A stretch of DNA of 64,000 bases from assembly GCA_029262475.1 (NCBI GenBank), contig JAJCZG010000025.1:8224-72223 (forward strand). Direction: 5' to 3'. The position numbers and the translations under genes were made by a program. This DNA is from Deltaproteobacteria bacterium. GTDB lineage: Bacteria > Desulfobacterota > GWC2-55-46 > JAJCZF01. The notes beneath the pieces are model-generated. The model did not search any database. It saw nothing but the letters and a program-made list of their open reading frames with translations, and was not told where the DNA came from. Shown here piece by piece: positions 29,863 through 40,204 of this stretch (position 1 is its first letter; every line of letters starts with the position of its first letter).

Positions 29863-30234
29863 ATGAATATCCTTACGGTTGACGACTCCGATACCATAAG
29901 AAGAATAATCGGGGCGACCGTGCAAACACTCGGCTATAACGTTTTGGAGGGCAACTGCGGAAACGAGGCTCTTAAGGTGCTACAAGAGAATAAGGATAAT
30001 GTGGGGCTCGTTCTCCTCGACTGGAATATGCCGGGAATGAACGGACTTGAAGTCCTGCAGGAGATTAAGGCCAATGATGAGACCAGGGATATCCCGGTCA
30101 TGATGGTAACGACGGAATCAGAGAAGAGTTATATTGTAAAGGCTGTTCAGGCCGGAGCGGTTAACTACTTGATAAAACCGTTTACGCAGGAAGAACTCGC
30201 CGGTAAAATACTTGAATGTCTTGAAGCCATATAG
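29863..30234 (+). CDS. cheY: Response regulator CheY
   Basis: A 123-aa stand-alone REC domain (DDS, phospho-acceptor in LVLLDWNMP, K in LIKPF). Confidence 0.85.
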   Translation: MNILTVDDSDTIRRIIGATVQTLGYNVLEGNCGNEALKVLQENKDNVGLVLLDWNMPGMNGLEVLQEIKANDETRDIPVMMVTTESEKSYIVKAVQAGAVNYLIKPFTQEELAGKILECLEAI

Positions 30235-30246
30235 AGGTGGAGTGAA

Positions 30247-31119
30247 ATGACTACAAGGGAAGATATTCTCGATGGGCTTAATAACATTGCAGAGATACCT
30301 ACGATGCCGGAGGTAATATGCAAGGTCGATGAGGTGATGAACTCCTCAAGCGCAAGTGCCGCATCGGTAGCCGATATTATAATCAATGACCCTGCCATTA
30401 CCCTCAAGGTGGTAAAGCTAGCCAATTCCCCTCTCTTTACAAGAGGGAGAAGAATAGACGATGTGCGTCAGGCGATAGTGCAGTTGGGGTTCAGGGAGGT
30501 GAGAAATATAGTTCTTGCGCTCTCGTCGGTTAATATGATGAGGAGCGTTAATAATATAGATCATAAAAAGTTCTGGCAGCATTCGATAACCGTCGGATTC
30601 GCAATGAAGGCGCTTGCTAAATTTTACAAGAAGTCGGATCTCGACGAGGAGTTCCTCTCTACAGCATTTACTGCGGGGCTCTTGCACGACATAGGGGTAC
30701 TCGTCTTCGACCAGTTCTTTCCCGAACTCTACCAGGATGTTCTTGATTCTGCCGTCGAAGGAGGGGATGAGCCGCTTGACGGATTGGAACTTCAGGAGTT
30801 GGGTATTACGCACTGCGAAGTGGGCGGCATTATTCTGGCACGTTGGGAATTCGGGATTCCGATTGTAGACTCGGTCTTAAATCACCATTCGCCGGAGTCG
30901 GCCTCGGAAGGAAAAATGCTTGCCGAGCTTCTTAACATAGCAAATTTCATCTGCAACAACCAGGGCATAACCAACGGTACACCGCTACAGTCTTTAGGTT
31001 TCTCAGACTTGGCGTGGGAGGAGCTCGGGCTCTCGCTGGACGATTCCAGGGAGATAATAGAGAGTGTGCGAGTGGAAGCAGAGAAGTCGCAGGTATTATT
31101 AAGCCTTTCAGGAAGTTAA
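30247..31119 (+). CDS. HDOD-domain protein (a signalling module frequently found in chemotaxis clusters)
   Basis: HDOD pattern (...VKLANSPLF...GLLHDIGVLV...). Confidence 0.7.
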   Translation: MTTREDILDGLNNIAEIPTMPEVICKVDEVMNSSSASAASVADIIINDPAITLKVVKLANSPLFTRGRRIDDVRQAIVQLGFREVRNIVLALSSVNMMRSVNNIDHKKFWQHSITVGFAMKALAKFYKKSDLDEEFLSTAFTAGLLHDIGVLVFDQFFPELYQDVLDSAVEGGDEPLDGLELQELGITHCEVGGIILARWEFGIPIVDSVLNHHSPESASEGKMLAELLNIANFICNNQGITNGTPLQSLGFSDLAWEELGLSLDDSREIIESVRVEAEKSQVLLSLSGS

Positions 31120-31143
31120 CGCTAGTTAAGCTGGAGACTTAAG

Positions 31144-31617
31144 ATGGATGAATATATTGGTCTTGATGAGTTACTACCGTTGCTCACGAATTCTGTTGAA
31201 GACATATTTAACACCATGCTCGGTGTCGGGGTCTCACTGAAGGAGTCCAGGGAAGTAAATGGTTTTAGTACCGGGGCGGACGTTACCGGGCTCATGTACA
31301 TAGAAGGGAAGAGACTTGGGATGGTGGCTTGTTCCATGCCGAGGGAGCTTGGGTGCCGCGTCGCCTCTGCGCTTACCGGGGCAAGTGTGGAGACGATCAA
31401 TACATCTGATATTAACGACGTCATCGCCGAGTTTGTAAATATGCTCTGCGGCCGGATAAAGTCTCATAATACAGTATCAAGAGAGTTAAAACTCACTCCT
31501 CCGCTTGCGATAGCGGGTAACGACCATATGCTCGTCTGGAAGACGGCACACCCGTCGTTGAGCCTAATCTTCGAAGAAGAGAGGGGCTGCACATTCGAGG
31601 TTATGGCCCACTTGTAA
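31144..31617 (+). CDS. cheX: CheX/CheC-family CheY-P phosphatase
   Basis: A 157-aa protein whose position at the end of the che operon, size, and E..N-type motif region (VEDIFNTM...) fit CheX. Confidence 0.55.
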   Translation: MDEYIGLDELLPLLTNSVEDIFNTMLGVGVSLKESREVNGFSTGADVTGLMYIEGKRLGMVACSMPRELGCRVASALTGASVETINTSDINDVIAEFVNMLCGRIKSHNTVSRELKLTPPLAIAGNDHMLVWKTAHPSLSLIFEEERGCTFEVMAHL

Positions 31618-31780
31618 AGATGGATTCTTGGTGCGGTCTTACTTGCTTCCTGCGCAACTTGCGGTGGGACAAAGGTAATGCTGCTTCTGTGTTACTTCGG
31701 ATGATATACATCACAGACCGCCTCATCCTCGCTTGCTCGGCGCTCGGAAGTCGTTCGAGTCCCTGATATTTCAAGCATAA

Positions 31781-31816
31781 AAAAGGCCCCGGTGCTTAGT
31801 TAAGCACGGAGCCTTT
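31781..31816 (-). terminator. Intrinsic terminator on the minus strand downstream of tRNA-Leu
   Basis: GTGCTTA-gt-TAAGCAC hairpin with extended imperfect arms. On the minus strand it is followed by a T6 run. Confidence 0.4.
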
Positions 31817-31827
31817 CTGGTATTGTA

Positions 31828-31912
31828 TGGTGCCGAAGGGGGGATTCGAACCCCCACGGGTCGCCCCACTACCCCCTCAAGATAGCGTGTCTACCAGTTC
31901 CACCACTTCGGC
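31828..31912 (-). tRNA. tRNA-Leu (anticodon GAG), class II with long variable arm, CCA encoded
   Basis: Minus-strand sequence GCCGAAGTGGTGGAACTGGTAGACACGCTATCTTGAGGGGGTAG...GGGGGTTCGAATCCCCCCTTCGGCACCA. Anticodon stem CTATC/GGTAG with loop TTGAGGG. Confidence 0.85.
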
Positions 31913-31941
31913 AACGCGTTAAGTCTGTTCTGAAAAATTCT

Positions 31942-32370
31942 TTATTTCTTCTGAGGCTCCTTCGCCGAAGGGGCCGTGGTATCTGTTTTTAAAGCGCCCG
32001 TATCTGCGGGGGCGGCCTTAGGGGTCATGGCAGCCGGGCTTGGCACGGCTTCTTTAGACTTCAACGGATCTGGAATTACGTCTTTATCAGCCGGAACGTT
32101 AACAGCCGGAACGTCCATCATTATCGAGTCCGTATCTTTATGGCCGGATTTATAGGTAATATAGAGCGAAGTTAACATAAAGATTACCGCGCAGGCCGCT
32201 GTGACCTTGATGAGGAGCGTCGCAGGCCCGGCGCTTCCGAATACAGCCTGGCTTGATGTGCTTCCGCCAAAGCTTGAACCCATACTCGCGCCCTTTCCGG
32301 ACTGGAGCAGTACGGCTACGATAATCACCAGGCTAACGACTATATGTACTACTATGGCTGCGGTCTCCAT
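31942..32370 (-). CDS. secG: Preprotein translocase subunit SecG
   Basis: Two TM helices flanking LLQSGKG; Gly/Ser-rich; conserved position downstream of tpiA. Confidence 0.8.
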   Translation of the reverse strand: METAAIVVHIVVSLVIIVAVLLQSGKGASMGSSFGGSTSSQAVFGSAGPATLLIKVTAACAVIFMLTSLYITYKSGHKDTDSIMMDVPAVNVPADKDVIPDPLKSKEAVPSPAAMTPKAAPADTGALKTDTTAPSAKEPQKK

Positions 32371-32523
32371 CTATTCCACTCTTCCTTCTTTAGTCTCTAT
32401 TGAAATTAAAATACTTGAATTTGTAATTAAATTACAAAAACGATAAAAAAGCAAGCTATTTTTCATGAGAACTACTTTTTTGTTCAACGGGCATGGGGTT
32501 ACGATGCCCGGAGGTTAACCTTC

Positions 32524-33279
32524 CTACTCGAAGTTGACTATTCGGGCGAAGCCATCGGCCTTGAGGCTAGCCCCACCTACGAGAGCGCCGTCTATATTCT
32601 CCATGGCCATGAGCGAGTCCACGTTGTCGGGTTTTACGCTACCTCCATATATGATGCGCGTTTTATCCGAAATCACTTTTCCGTAGAGTTCTTCTAGAAT
32701 ACCGCGTATACCGCCGTGGATCTCTTCGGCGTCCTCAGGAGAGGCCGTGCGTCCGGTGCCTATGGCCCAGATTGGCTCGTATGCTACGGCGACGCGGGCC
32801 ATTTCATCGTTAGTGAGCCCCGAGAGCGCGACCCTGACTTGAGATGAAACCCTCTCAAGGGCACGGCCAGCCTCTCTCTCTTCGAGTGTTTCACCGACGC
32901 ATAGGATAGGCAGTAGTCCTTCTCTAAGGGCGGCCATTATTTTTTTATTAACCCCCTCGTCCGTCTCGCCGAATAGTTCGCGCCTCTCCGAGTGACCGAT
33001 AATAACGTATTCACAGCCGACCGAAGCGAGCATTTTAGCCGAGAGCTCTCCGGTAAAGGCGCCGCTCTCCTCGAAGTAAAGGTTTTGAGCCGAGAGGCTT
33101 ACATTCGTATCCTTTATAATTCCGGCGACCCTGTCAAGCGATATAGAAGGGGGAGCCAGTACAATGTCCACCCCTTCGGTGCCTTTCGTCAGATCGGCGA
33201 CCGAGGCTGCGAGCTCTGCTGCTTCGTCCAGTGTGGTGTTCATCTTCCAGTTTCCTGCTATAAGCGCTCTCTTCGTCAT
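32524..33279 (-). CDS. tpiA: Triosephosphate isomerase
   Basis: AGNWKMN, IIGHSERR, and AYEPIWAIGTG catalytic-loop motifs. Confidence 0.9.
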   Translation of the reverse strand: MTKRALIAGNWKMNTTLDEAAELAASVADLTKGTEGVDIVLAPPSISLDRVAGIIKDTNVSLSAQNLYFEESGAFTGELSAKMLASVGCEYVIIGHSERRELFGETDEGVNKKIMAALREGLLPILCVGETLEEREAGRALERVSSQVRVALSGLTNDEMARVAVAYEPIWAIGTGRTASPEDAEEIHGGIRGILEELYGKVISDKTRIIYGGSVKPDNVDSLMAMENIDGALVGGASLKADGFARIVNFE

Positions 33280-33296
33280 TTGTTTCTCCTGCGTGG

Positions 33297-34493
33297 TTAT
33301 GTGTTGTCTCTGAGGGCCTTGATCCCCGGCAGCTCCTTGCCTTCGAGGAGTTCGAGGAAGGCCCCGCCGCCGGTTGATATATAGCTCATCTTGGCGTACT
33401 CTCCGGCGCGGTGCACGGCCACGTCCGTATCTCCACCGCCGACTATGGTAAGGGCGTAGGAGTTGGCAACGATATTGACCATCGCGAATGTCCCCCGGCT
33501 GAAGGCGTCCATCTCGAATACTCCCATTGGTCCGTTCCAGATTATCGTCTTTGCGCTCTGGAGGGCCTCGCTGAAGAGCGTTACGGTAGCAGGGCCGATG
33601 TCCAGGGCCATCCAGCCTTCAGGTATCTCCTGGTAGGTGACGACCTTCGTCTCTGCCGTCGGGCTGAACTTGTCGGCGACTACGAAGTCCACGGGAAGGT
33701 AGAATTTAAGCTTCTTGCTCCTTGCGTAATCGATCACCTCAAGCGCCGTCTTCATCGCGGAATCTTCGGCAACGGAGTTGCCGACATTATAGTCAAGCGC
33801 CTTAAAGAAGGTAAGGGCCATGCCGCCGCCGATTATTATCTTATCCGCCTTATCGCAGAGGCTCTTTAGTACTCCGATCTTGTCGGAGACCTTCTTGCCT
33901 CCAATTATGGCGACGAGCGGCCTTAATGGTTTATCGAGGATCCTTGTGAAGTAGCCGAGCTCCTTCTTCATGAGCAGCCCCGCAGCGTACTCTTTTACAT
34001 GCCCGACTACGGCGACATTCGAGGCGTGCGCCCTGTGGGCCGTGGCGAAGGCGTCGTTTACGTATATATCGGCAAGAGCCCCGAGTGCCTTGCCGAACTC
34101 TTCGTCATTGGCTCTCTCTTCCGGGTGGAAGCGGAGGTTTTCGAGGAGCACTACGTCGCCGGGCTGCATGACGGAGATGATCTTCTTAGTATCCTCCCCA
34201 GTGCAGTCTGCGGTGAGGCGTACGTTCTTGTCGAGGAGGCGCGCAAGCCTCTTAGCCACCGGTGCGAGGCTCATCGATGGGATGACCTTACCCTCGGGAC
34301 GCCCGAGGTGCGAGGCGAGTATGAGCGTAGCCCCTTCGTCTAAGGCGTAGTTGATAGTCGGGAGCACCTCCCTTATGCGCGTGTCGTCTGTAATCTTCCC
34401 GTTCTCGTCGAGCGGGACGTTAAAGTCTACGCGCATGAGGACGCGTTTGTTCTTAAGTGATATTTCGTCTATGTACTTGATATCGTGGTCCAC
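33297..34493 (-). CDS. pgk: Phosphoglycerate kinase
   Basis: N-terminus RVDFNVP, GGGDT. Length 398 aa. Confidence 0.9.
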   Translation of the reverse strand: MDHDIKYIDEISLKNKRVLMRVDFNVPLDENGKITDDTRIREVLPTINYALDEGATLILASHLGRPEGKVIPSMSLAPVAKRLARLLDKNVRLTADCTGEDTKKIISVMQPGDVVLLENLRFHPEERANDEEFGKALGALADIYVNDAFATAHRAHASNVAVVGHVKEYAAGLLMKKELGYFTRILDKPLRPLVAIIGGKKVSDKIGVLKSLCDKADKIIIGGGMALTFFKALDYNVGNSVAEDSAMKTALEVIDYARSKKLKFYLPVDFVVADKFSPTAETKVVTYQEIPEGWMALDIGPATVTLFSEALQSAKTIIWNGPMGVFEMDAFSRGTFAMVNIVANSYALTIVGGGDTDVAVHRAGEYAKMSYISTGGGAFLELLEGKELPGIKALRDNT

Positions 34494-34551
34494 TGGTCAA
34501 TTCTCCCGTCTTATTTAAAAGTAGAAGATGCCTTCGCCACCGTTGCCGCTA

Positions 34552-35559
34552 CTAAATCCCCTCCGAAGCGATGTGGTTTATGAGGTCCTTCATCCTGCAT
34601 GAGAAGCCCCACTCGTTATCGTACCATGTCAGCACCTTGACGAGGTTTCCCTCGATGACCTTCGTTGAGAGGGCGTCTATTATAGAGGAGTGCGGGTTAC
34701 CCTTGAAGTCCACGGATACGCACGGCTCATCGCAGTACTGGAGTATGCCCTTAAGGTAGCCAACGGAAGCCTCCTTCAGAGCAGCGTTTATCTCCTCTGC
34801 AGTGGTTTCCTTTTCAAGCTCGGCTACGAGGTCAACGACCGATACCGTCGGCACCGGCACGCGTATCGCCATGCCGTCGAGCTTTCCCTTTAATTCCGGG
34901 AGGACGAGTGAGACAGCCTTCGCAGCACCCGTGGAGGTAGGTATCATCGAGAGCCCTGCTGCGCGCGCCCTTCTAAGGTCGCTATGCGGCAGGTCGAGTA
35001 TCTTCTGGTCGTTGGTGTATGCGTGTACCGTCGTCATGAGGCCGCGTTTAATGCCGAAATTATCATTTAGGACCTTGGCCATCGGAGATAGACAGTTTGT
35101 CGTACACGAGGCGTTGGAGATGATATTATGCTCAGACGCCTTGTAACTCTTGTGGTTAACGCCCATGCATACTGTAATATCAGGCTCCTTCGCCGGAGCA
35201 GATATTATTACCTTCTTGGCACCTGCCTGGAGGTGCGTCGAGGCCTTATCCCTCGCCGTAAAGAGCCCCGTGCACTCAAGCACGACATCTACTCCGTCGG
35301 CGGCCCAGGGAAGTTTTGCCGGGTCCCTCTCGGCGGTAATCTTTACCGGCTTGCCGTTAACTATTATCGCGTTGTCGGTGCTCTTGATCTCGGCGTCGAG
35401 TACGCCGAAGACCGAATCGTATTTCAGAAGGTGAGCGAGGGTGGCCGGGTCCGTAATGTCGTTAATATTTGTAATCTCAACGCCATCGTCCTCAAGGCAA
35501 GTCCTGAATACATTTCTTCCTATCCGGCCAAAACCGTTTATAGCAACCCTTACCGCCAT
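34552..35559 (-). CDS. gap: Glyceraldehyde-3-phosphate dehydrogenase (type I)
   Basis: INGFGRIGR Rossmann motif and ASCTTNCL active site. Confidence 0.9.
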   Translation of the reverse strand: MAVRVAINGFGRIGRNVFRTCLEDDGVEITNINDITDPATLAHLLKYDSVFGVLDAEIKSTDNAIIVNGKPVKITAERDPAKLPWAADGVDVVLECTGLFTARDKASTHLQAGAKKVIISAPAKEPDITVCMGVNHKSYKASEHNIISNASCTTNCLSPMAKVLNDNFGIKRGLMTTVHAYTNDQKILDLPHSDLRRARAAGLSMIPTSTGAAKAVSLVLPELKGKLDGMAIRVPVPTVSVVDLVAELEKETTAEEINAALKEASVGYLKGILQYCDEPCVSVDFKGNPHSSIIDALSTKVIEGNLVKVLTWYDNEWGFSCRMKDLINHIASEGI

Positions 35560-35586
35560 CTCTTTACCTCCGTTAAAATTTTGAGT

Positions 35587-36288
35587 TTAATCTCCAAGTA
35601 TCTTATAAATACGTTTCATATCGCTGATATTTAGTTGCCCCGGGGCGGTAGTGCCCGTAATAGAGGCGTATGTGACAAGAGAGCCGAGGAATGGAAAAAA
35701 CACTCTTGAAGCGGCACTCCCGTCTCCCATGGCTATGACTATCAAGTCTTTATCTAACATAAGTAGCCCGGCGAGCCTCTTAAAGTCGCTTGTCTTCCTT
35801 GCCGTAGCCGCGATCTTTATTATATCGGCCCCGGCCTCTTCGGCCCCGGCCAAAATCTTCTGTAGCCCCGCTTTCGTCGGCGAGGATTTGAAGTTATGGT
35901 AGCTTATGATGAGTTTCTTCCTGAAAGACGCTGCAAGGGCTGCTACCTTTCGGAGGATGCGTTTAGAGCTAAGCTCTATATCCACGGCCTCGGAGAGCGG
36001 AATAAGGGCCATGAAGAGGGCTAACCGCTCGCTATCGCCGATATTCACGGCGCTACCTTCTTTTTTACTCCTTATAGTAAGGATTATCGGCAGTTTAGAG
36101 GCTTTCTTTAGCCGTGCTAACTCTACCTTAAGGGCCTCGGGATCGCGCTCTTTAAAGGTATCTACCCTCACTTCAAGGATATCCGCGCCAGCTCTCTTTG
36201 CCCTGCCGGCGGCTTTAAGATCCACAGAATTAACGATTACGGCGCAGATAAGACCGGTCTTCCCCGTGGAAGCCTCACCTATCTTCAT
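35587..36288 (-). CDS. aroD: Type I 3-dehydroquinate dehydratase
   Basis: ILEVRVD, IRSKKEGS, and APGQLNISDM motifs, matching E. coli AroD ILEWRVD / FRSAKEGG / APGQISVNDL. Confidence 0.7.
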   Translation of the reverse strand: MKIGEASTGKTGLICAVIVNSVDLKAAGRAKRAGADILEVRVDTFKERDPEALKVELARLKKASKLPIILTIRSKKEGSAVNIGDSERLALFMALIPLSEAVDIELSSKRILRKVAALAASFRKKLIISYHNFKSSPTKAGLQKILAGAEEAGADIIKIAATARKTSDFKRLAGLLMLDKDLIVIAMGDGSAASRVFFPFLGSLVTYASITGTTAPGQLNISDMKRIYKILGD

Positions 36289-36394
36289 AACAGACTAATT
36301 TTGTTGGAATTTATGACCATGCCCCGCCAGTGAGTTCGATAAGATATATTATCTTTAACATAACGCGACAACACCCTAAAATCAAGCACAAAGC

Positions 36395-36745
36395 ACGCGG
36401 ACCAGTCCGCTTTTAATACGCGCATATAAATGTAAATGATATGAAGATGCCGTTCCACGCGGCGGGGGTGGGTGCAGCTATGGTCTTGTTAAAGCCTAAA
36501 GTCCGGCACACCAGCGTGGCTTTGATTCGCGTATATAAATGCCTGTGATTTGCGTCTGCCTTACTACGCGTCCAGGGCCAGTGAAATTTTGCGGGTTTAG
36601 TAGGATAGGCCAACCTGCTTTTAATACGCGCAATGTAACGCCTGTATTTCACCCATGCCGTGCTACGCGTCCGCTGCAAGTATGCGATCTATTCAGAAGC
36701 GCGCTCAGCGAATAAAACCGGAGAAGTCCGGCGCGCTCAGCGCAT
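36395..36745. repeat. Intergenic repeat cluster, locus A of a dispersed repeat family
   Basis: Contains CTGCTTTTAATACGCGCAATGTAACGCCTGTA, CCGTGCTACGCGTCCGCTGC, and AGCGCGCTCAGCGAATAAAACC modules. Close copies recur at loci B, C and D. Confidence 0.75.
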
Positions 36746-36819
36746 TAAACTCTTGACCTTTATAAATGAAAACTGGTAAGTTTAGCTTTAGGCAGTGATA
36801 AAAGCCTGTTTATTATATA

Positions 36820-37075
36820 GAAATCACGACACCGGAGAAGGGAATCCCGTTTAAATCGGGAGCTGCCCCGCAACTGTAATCGGCGACGAAAGCTCTAATC
36901 TCACCACTGGCCTCTGTAGGGGGGACGGGAAGGGAGAGCGATTAGGACGACCCGTAAGTCAGGAGACCTCCCCGGTTAGATATAGATCGAGACCTTCCGA
37001 GGGAGAAGGGTCTCGCGCTTAGATATACCCATCCCTTTTTTATTTACCAGGGGTGGGTTTTTTTATTTTAAGGAG
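36820..37075 (+). promoter_or_regulatory. Cobalamin (AdoCbl) riboswitch with a terminator-type expression platform
   Basis: GAAGGGAATCCCG..AAATCGGGAGCTGCCCCGCAACTGTAA core and B12 box CCACTGGCC...GGGAAGG. A terminal hairpin ACCCATCCCT...AGGGGTGGGT plus T7 sits immediately upstream of the cobO RBS and ATG. Confidence 0.75.
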
Positions 37076-37088
37076 ACGAGGATACCAG

Positions 37089-37625
37089 ATGGAAAGAAAA
37101 GGTCTTGTGCATATATATACCGGCGACGGCAAGGGTAAGACTACGGCCTCGGTTGGGCTCGCCGTCCGGGCCGCCGGTCAGGGTTTTAAGGTGCTCTTCA
37201 TGCAGTTCTTCAAGGAGGATAGCGCACCGAGCGGCGAAAAAGATATTTTTAGAGATAAGATAGATAATATTGAGCTCGTTCGCTCGAATTGCCGTCATCC
37301 CTTCTTTACCGGGAAGAAGACCGATGATGAAGAGGTGAGAAGGGTCACCTGCGAGGTATTTAAGAGCGCCGTAGATAAGTCTATGGCAGGCTCCGTTGAC
37401 CTCCTCGTCCTCGATGAGATGATGGGGGTGCTAAACGGCGGCTGGATAGAGACGGAAGAGTTCCTTCACTTCCTGAAAGAGAGACCCCCGCACCTTGAGG
37501 TGGTCATTACCGGCAGGAACGCTCCGGTAGAGCTTGTTAAGGCCGCCGACTACGTTACCGAGATGCTCATGATTAAACACCCGTTCGACGAGGGGATATC
37601 CGCTAGAGAGGGTATTGAGTTCTAG
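37089..37625 (+). CDS. cobO: Cob(I)yrinic acid a,c-diamide / cob(I)alamin adenosyltransferase (CobA/CobO/BtuR type)
   Basis: P-loop YTGDGKGKTTA and the typical 178-aa size. Start chosen at MERKG. Confidence 0.85.
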   Translation: MERKGLVHIYTGDGKGKTTASVGLAVRAAGQGFKVLFMQFFKEDSAPSGEKDIFRDKIDNIELVRSNCRHPFFTGKKTDDEEVRRVTCEVFKSAVDKSMAGSVDLLVLDEMMGVLNGGWIETEEFLHFLKERPPHLEVVITGRNAPVELVKAADYVTEMLMIKHPFDEGISAREGIEF

Positions 37626-37661
37626 ACGGCGGGGGTTTTGTGCCCCGCGAGGTGAACCGTT

Positions 37662-38201
37662 ATGGCTAAGAAAAAGCATATATTTATACTCGGAGGAGCA
37701 AGAAGCGGTAAGAGCGCTTATGCCCTTAAATGCGCTAGTGATGCCAAACGCGCCGGTGAAGGGGAGAAGATTTACCTGGCCACCGCCAGAGTCGACGACG
37801 AAGAGATGATCGACCGGGTTGTAAAGCATCAGGACGAACGCGCCGCCGCCGGGGGCTGGAGGACCGTCGAGGAGCCCCTGACCGTAGCCGGGGTTATTAA
37901 GGAAAACACCGGTGCGAGCGTCATACTCGTGGACTGCATAACATTATGGATTACAAACCTTCTTGCCAAGGGGCTTACAGACGAAAGCGTCTTTACCGAA
38001 GTTGAGGCGCTCATAAGCGAAGCCTCCGGTGTGGAGGCAAGTGTTATCATCGTATCAAACGAAGTTGGTCTCGGCATAGTACCCGCCAATGCGCTGGCGC
38101 GCCGCTTTAGAGACGTAGCAGGCAGGGCCCACCAGATGCTTGCGGCCTCGGCCGGGAGCGTCTATTTCGTTACCGCAGGTATACCTAATAAAATCAAGTA
38201 G
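37662..38201 (+). CDS. cobU: Adenosylcobinamide kinase / adenosylcobinamide-phosphate guanylyltransferase
   Basis: ILGGARSGKSAYA P-loop. Length 179 aa. Confidence 0.85.
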   Translation: MAKKKHIFILGGARSGKSAYALKCASDAKRAGEGEKIYLATARVDDEEMIDRVVKHQDERAAAGGWRTVEEPLTVAGVIKENTGASVILVDCITLWITNLLAKGLTDESVFTEVEALISEASGVEASVIIVSNEVGLGIVPANALARRFRDVAGRAHQMLAASAGSVYFVTAGIPNKIK

Positions 38202-38233
38202 ACTGTTAAACTGTTATAAGGAGGATTTACCAT

Positions 38234-39298
38234 ATGTCTTTACTCGAAGAGACGTTAGCGTCTATATCGCCGGTTGACGAGGGGCTTACTGGCGAAGCGC
38301 AGCTTAGGCTAGACGACCTTACCAAGCCGAAGGGGAGCCTCGGACGCTTAGAGGAGTTCGCCAGAAAGCTCGTCTCTATTACCGGAACTCTAAAGCCTAA
38401 GATAGATAAAAAATACATCTTTACATTCGCCGGAGACCACGGCGTGGCGGTTGAAGGTGTATCGGCCTTCCCGAGTGAAGTCACCCCGCAGATGGTTATT
38501 AACTTCCTCCGCGGCGGAGCAGGCATTAACGTACTTGCCAGACACGTAGGGGCCGAGGTAGTGGTCGTGGACGTTGGCGTTAATTTCGATTTTACCTCAC
38601 TTGGTACGGAGGCCAAAGGGCTAAAGATAAAGAAGGTCGTAAGCGGTACCGGTAACATAAAGACCGGGCCTGCGATGACGAGGGAAGAGACGGTGCGCGC
38701 AATTGAGGCTGGCATTGAGACGGCGAATGAATACGCCGCCGAGGGCGCGATATTCGGCACCGGGGATATGGGGATAGCCAACACAACGCCGTCAAGCGCG
38801 ATTATTGCCGTACTCTCCGGGAGGCCGGTCGAGGAGGTCACGGGGCGCGGCACGGGGATAGACGGCGAGGCTTTTAGTCGTAAGGTAAAGGTAATTGAGG
38901 AGGCCATCTCCGTAAACACGCCGGAGCCCACCGACCCTGTAGACGTGCTCGCCAAGGTCGGCGGCGCTGAGATCGCCGCCATTTCGGGGTTGGTGTTAGG
39001 GGCCGCGGCAAGAAAGATTCCCGTAGTCGTGGACGGCTTCATATCTACCGCCGGGGCGCTTATCGCTAGTGAACTCTCAAGGGAGGCGGGCGGTTACTTA
39101 TTCGCCGCTCACAGGTCGGTAGAGAGGGGACACGCCGTGATGCTCGAACGGTTGGGTCTAAAACCGATACTCGACCTGGACATGAGGCTAGGCGAGGGCA
39201 CAGGCGCGGCCCTTGCCATATCTTTAATAGAGGCGGGGCTGAAGATCTACTCCGAGATGGCGACATTTTCGGATGCCGGAGTAAGCGAAGAGAATTGA
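38234..39298 (+). CDS. cobT: Nicotinate-nucleotide--dimethylbenzimidazole phosphoribosyltransferase
   Basis: [20 protein letters not shown], and GEGTGAALA motifs. Confidence 0.9.
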   Translation: MSLLEETLASISPVDEGLTGEAQLRLDDLTKPKGSLGRLEEFARKLVSITGTLKPKIDKKYIFTFAGDHGVAVEGVSAFPSEVTPQMVINFLRGGAGINVLARHVGAEVVVVDVGVNFDFTSLGTEAKGLKIKKVVSGTGNIKTGPAMTREETVRAIEAGIETANEYAAEGAIFGTGDMGIANTTPSSAIIAVLSGRPVEEVTGRGTGIDGEAFSRKVKVIEEAISVNTPEPTDPVDVLAKVGGAEIAAISGLVLGAAARKIPVVVDGFISTAGALIASELSREAGGYLFAAHRSVERGHAVMLERLGLKPILDLDMRLGEGTGAALAISLIEAGLKIYSEMATFSDAGVSEEN

Positions 39299-39356
39299 TT
39301 AAATGTAACGCACGCCGCCGCTACCCTTCGGGGGGCAGGTAATAAATAAGAAAACC

Positions 39357-40202
39357 ATGAATCCTATCATAAAAGCATTTCAGCTCCTGACTGTCTTCCC
39401 GGTACCATCCGGGGGGGGCGGGGGCGAACCACTGCCCGAGGCCAGCGGTGCCGAGACCAATGTCGATGGAACCGTCACCAAAGACTTCGCCGTGCTGAAG
39501 CGCGAGATAGCCGCCTCCACGGCTTACTTTCCGCTCGTAGGGGCTACGCAGGGGTTACTCCTCGTTATCTGCTGGAAGATATTCTCTTACGCGCTCCCGG
39601 TCGGGGTGACGAGCGGGCTCCTTGTCGCGGTACTCGCGCTTACGAACTACGGCTTTCATCTGGACGGGCTGGCCGATACCATCGACGGGCTTGCCGGAGG
39701 CAGGACAAAGGAAGACCGTCTCCGCATTATGCGAAGGAGCGACATAGGCCCGATGGGTGTGATAGCCATCGTAGTCGTGCTTATCGTAAAGTACGCGGCA
39801 CTTTCGGCGGTACTCGGCGGCATAGACGGGCGTGAGGGTGTGTTAAGTTTAGGCGCGGCGGTGCTCTTCCTCTTTCCGGTGATGGGGCGTTTCGCCATTG
39901 TGCCGATGGCCTGTTGGTCAAAGTACGCAAGGGATAGCGAAGGGCTCGGAAGCGCGTTATCCTGGAACGAGCCTAGAAATCTCGCCGTGGCGCTCGTCAC
40001 TGCCCTCGTCTTCGCTATCCCGCTACTCGGGCCAGCGGCGATCTTCCTTGTAGCGATACTTATGGGTACCGCTTATCTCGCGGTATTATATTTTAAAAAG
40101 AAGGTAGGCGGCGTTACCGGAGATATCTTTGGCTTCCAGAGCGAGATCTCCGAGGTGATATTTCTCGTCTCGGCTCTCGCCCTCCTGCCTCTGTTGGAGT
40201 AG
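39357..40202 (+). CDS. cobS: Adenosylcobinamide-GDP ribazoletransferase (cobalamin synthase)
   Basis: Polytopic membrane protein. N-terminal FQLLTVFPVP. It carries an unusual Gly-rich insert encoded by a G8 tract. Confidence 0.8.
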   Translation: MNPIIKAFQLLTVFPVPSGGGGGEPLPEASGAETNVDGTVTKDFAVLKREIAASTAYFPLVGATQGLLLVICWKIFSYALPVGVTSGLLVAVLALTNYGFHLDGLADTIDGLAGGRTKEDRLRIMRRSDIGPMGVIAIVVVLIVKYAALSAVLGGIDGREGVLSLGAAVLFLFPVMGRFAIVPMACWSKYARDSEGLGSALSWNEPRNLAVALVTALVFAIPLLGPAAIFLVAILMGTAYLAVLYFKKKVGGVTGDIFGFQSEISEVIFLVSALALLPLLE

Positions 40203-40204
40203 AT

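Noticed and set aside
36413-36679. An 88-aa minus-strand ORF inside repeat locus A
   Set aside because: It is composed of repeat-element sequence, has no RBS, and its reading frame is not preserved in the other repeat copies.
39407-39420. Whether the G8 tract in cobS is a frameshift error
   Set aside because: The ORF is intact through the tract and continues with conserved CobS sequence, so it is treated as a real (if unusual) insert.
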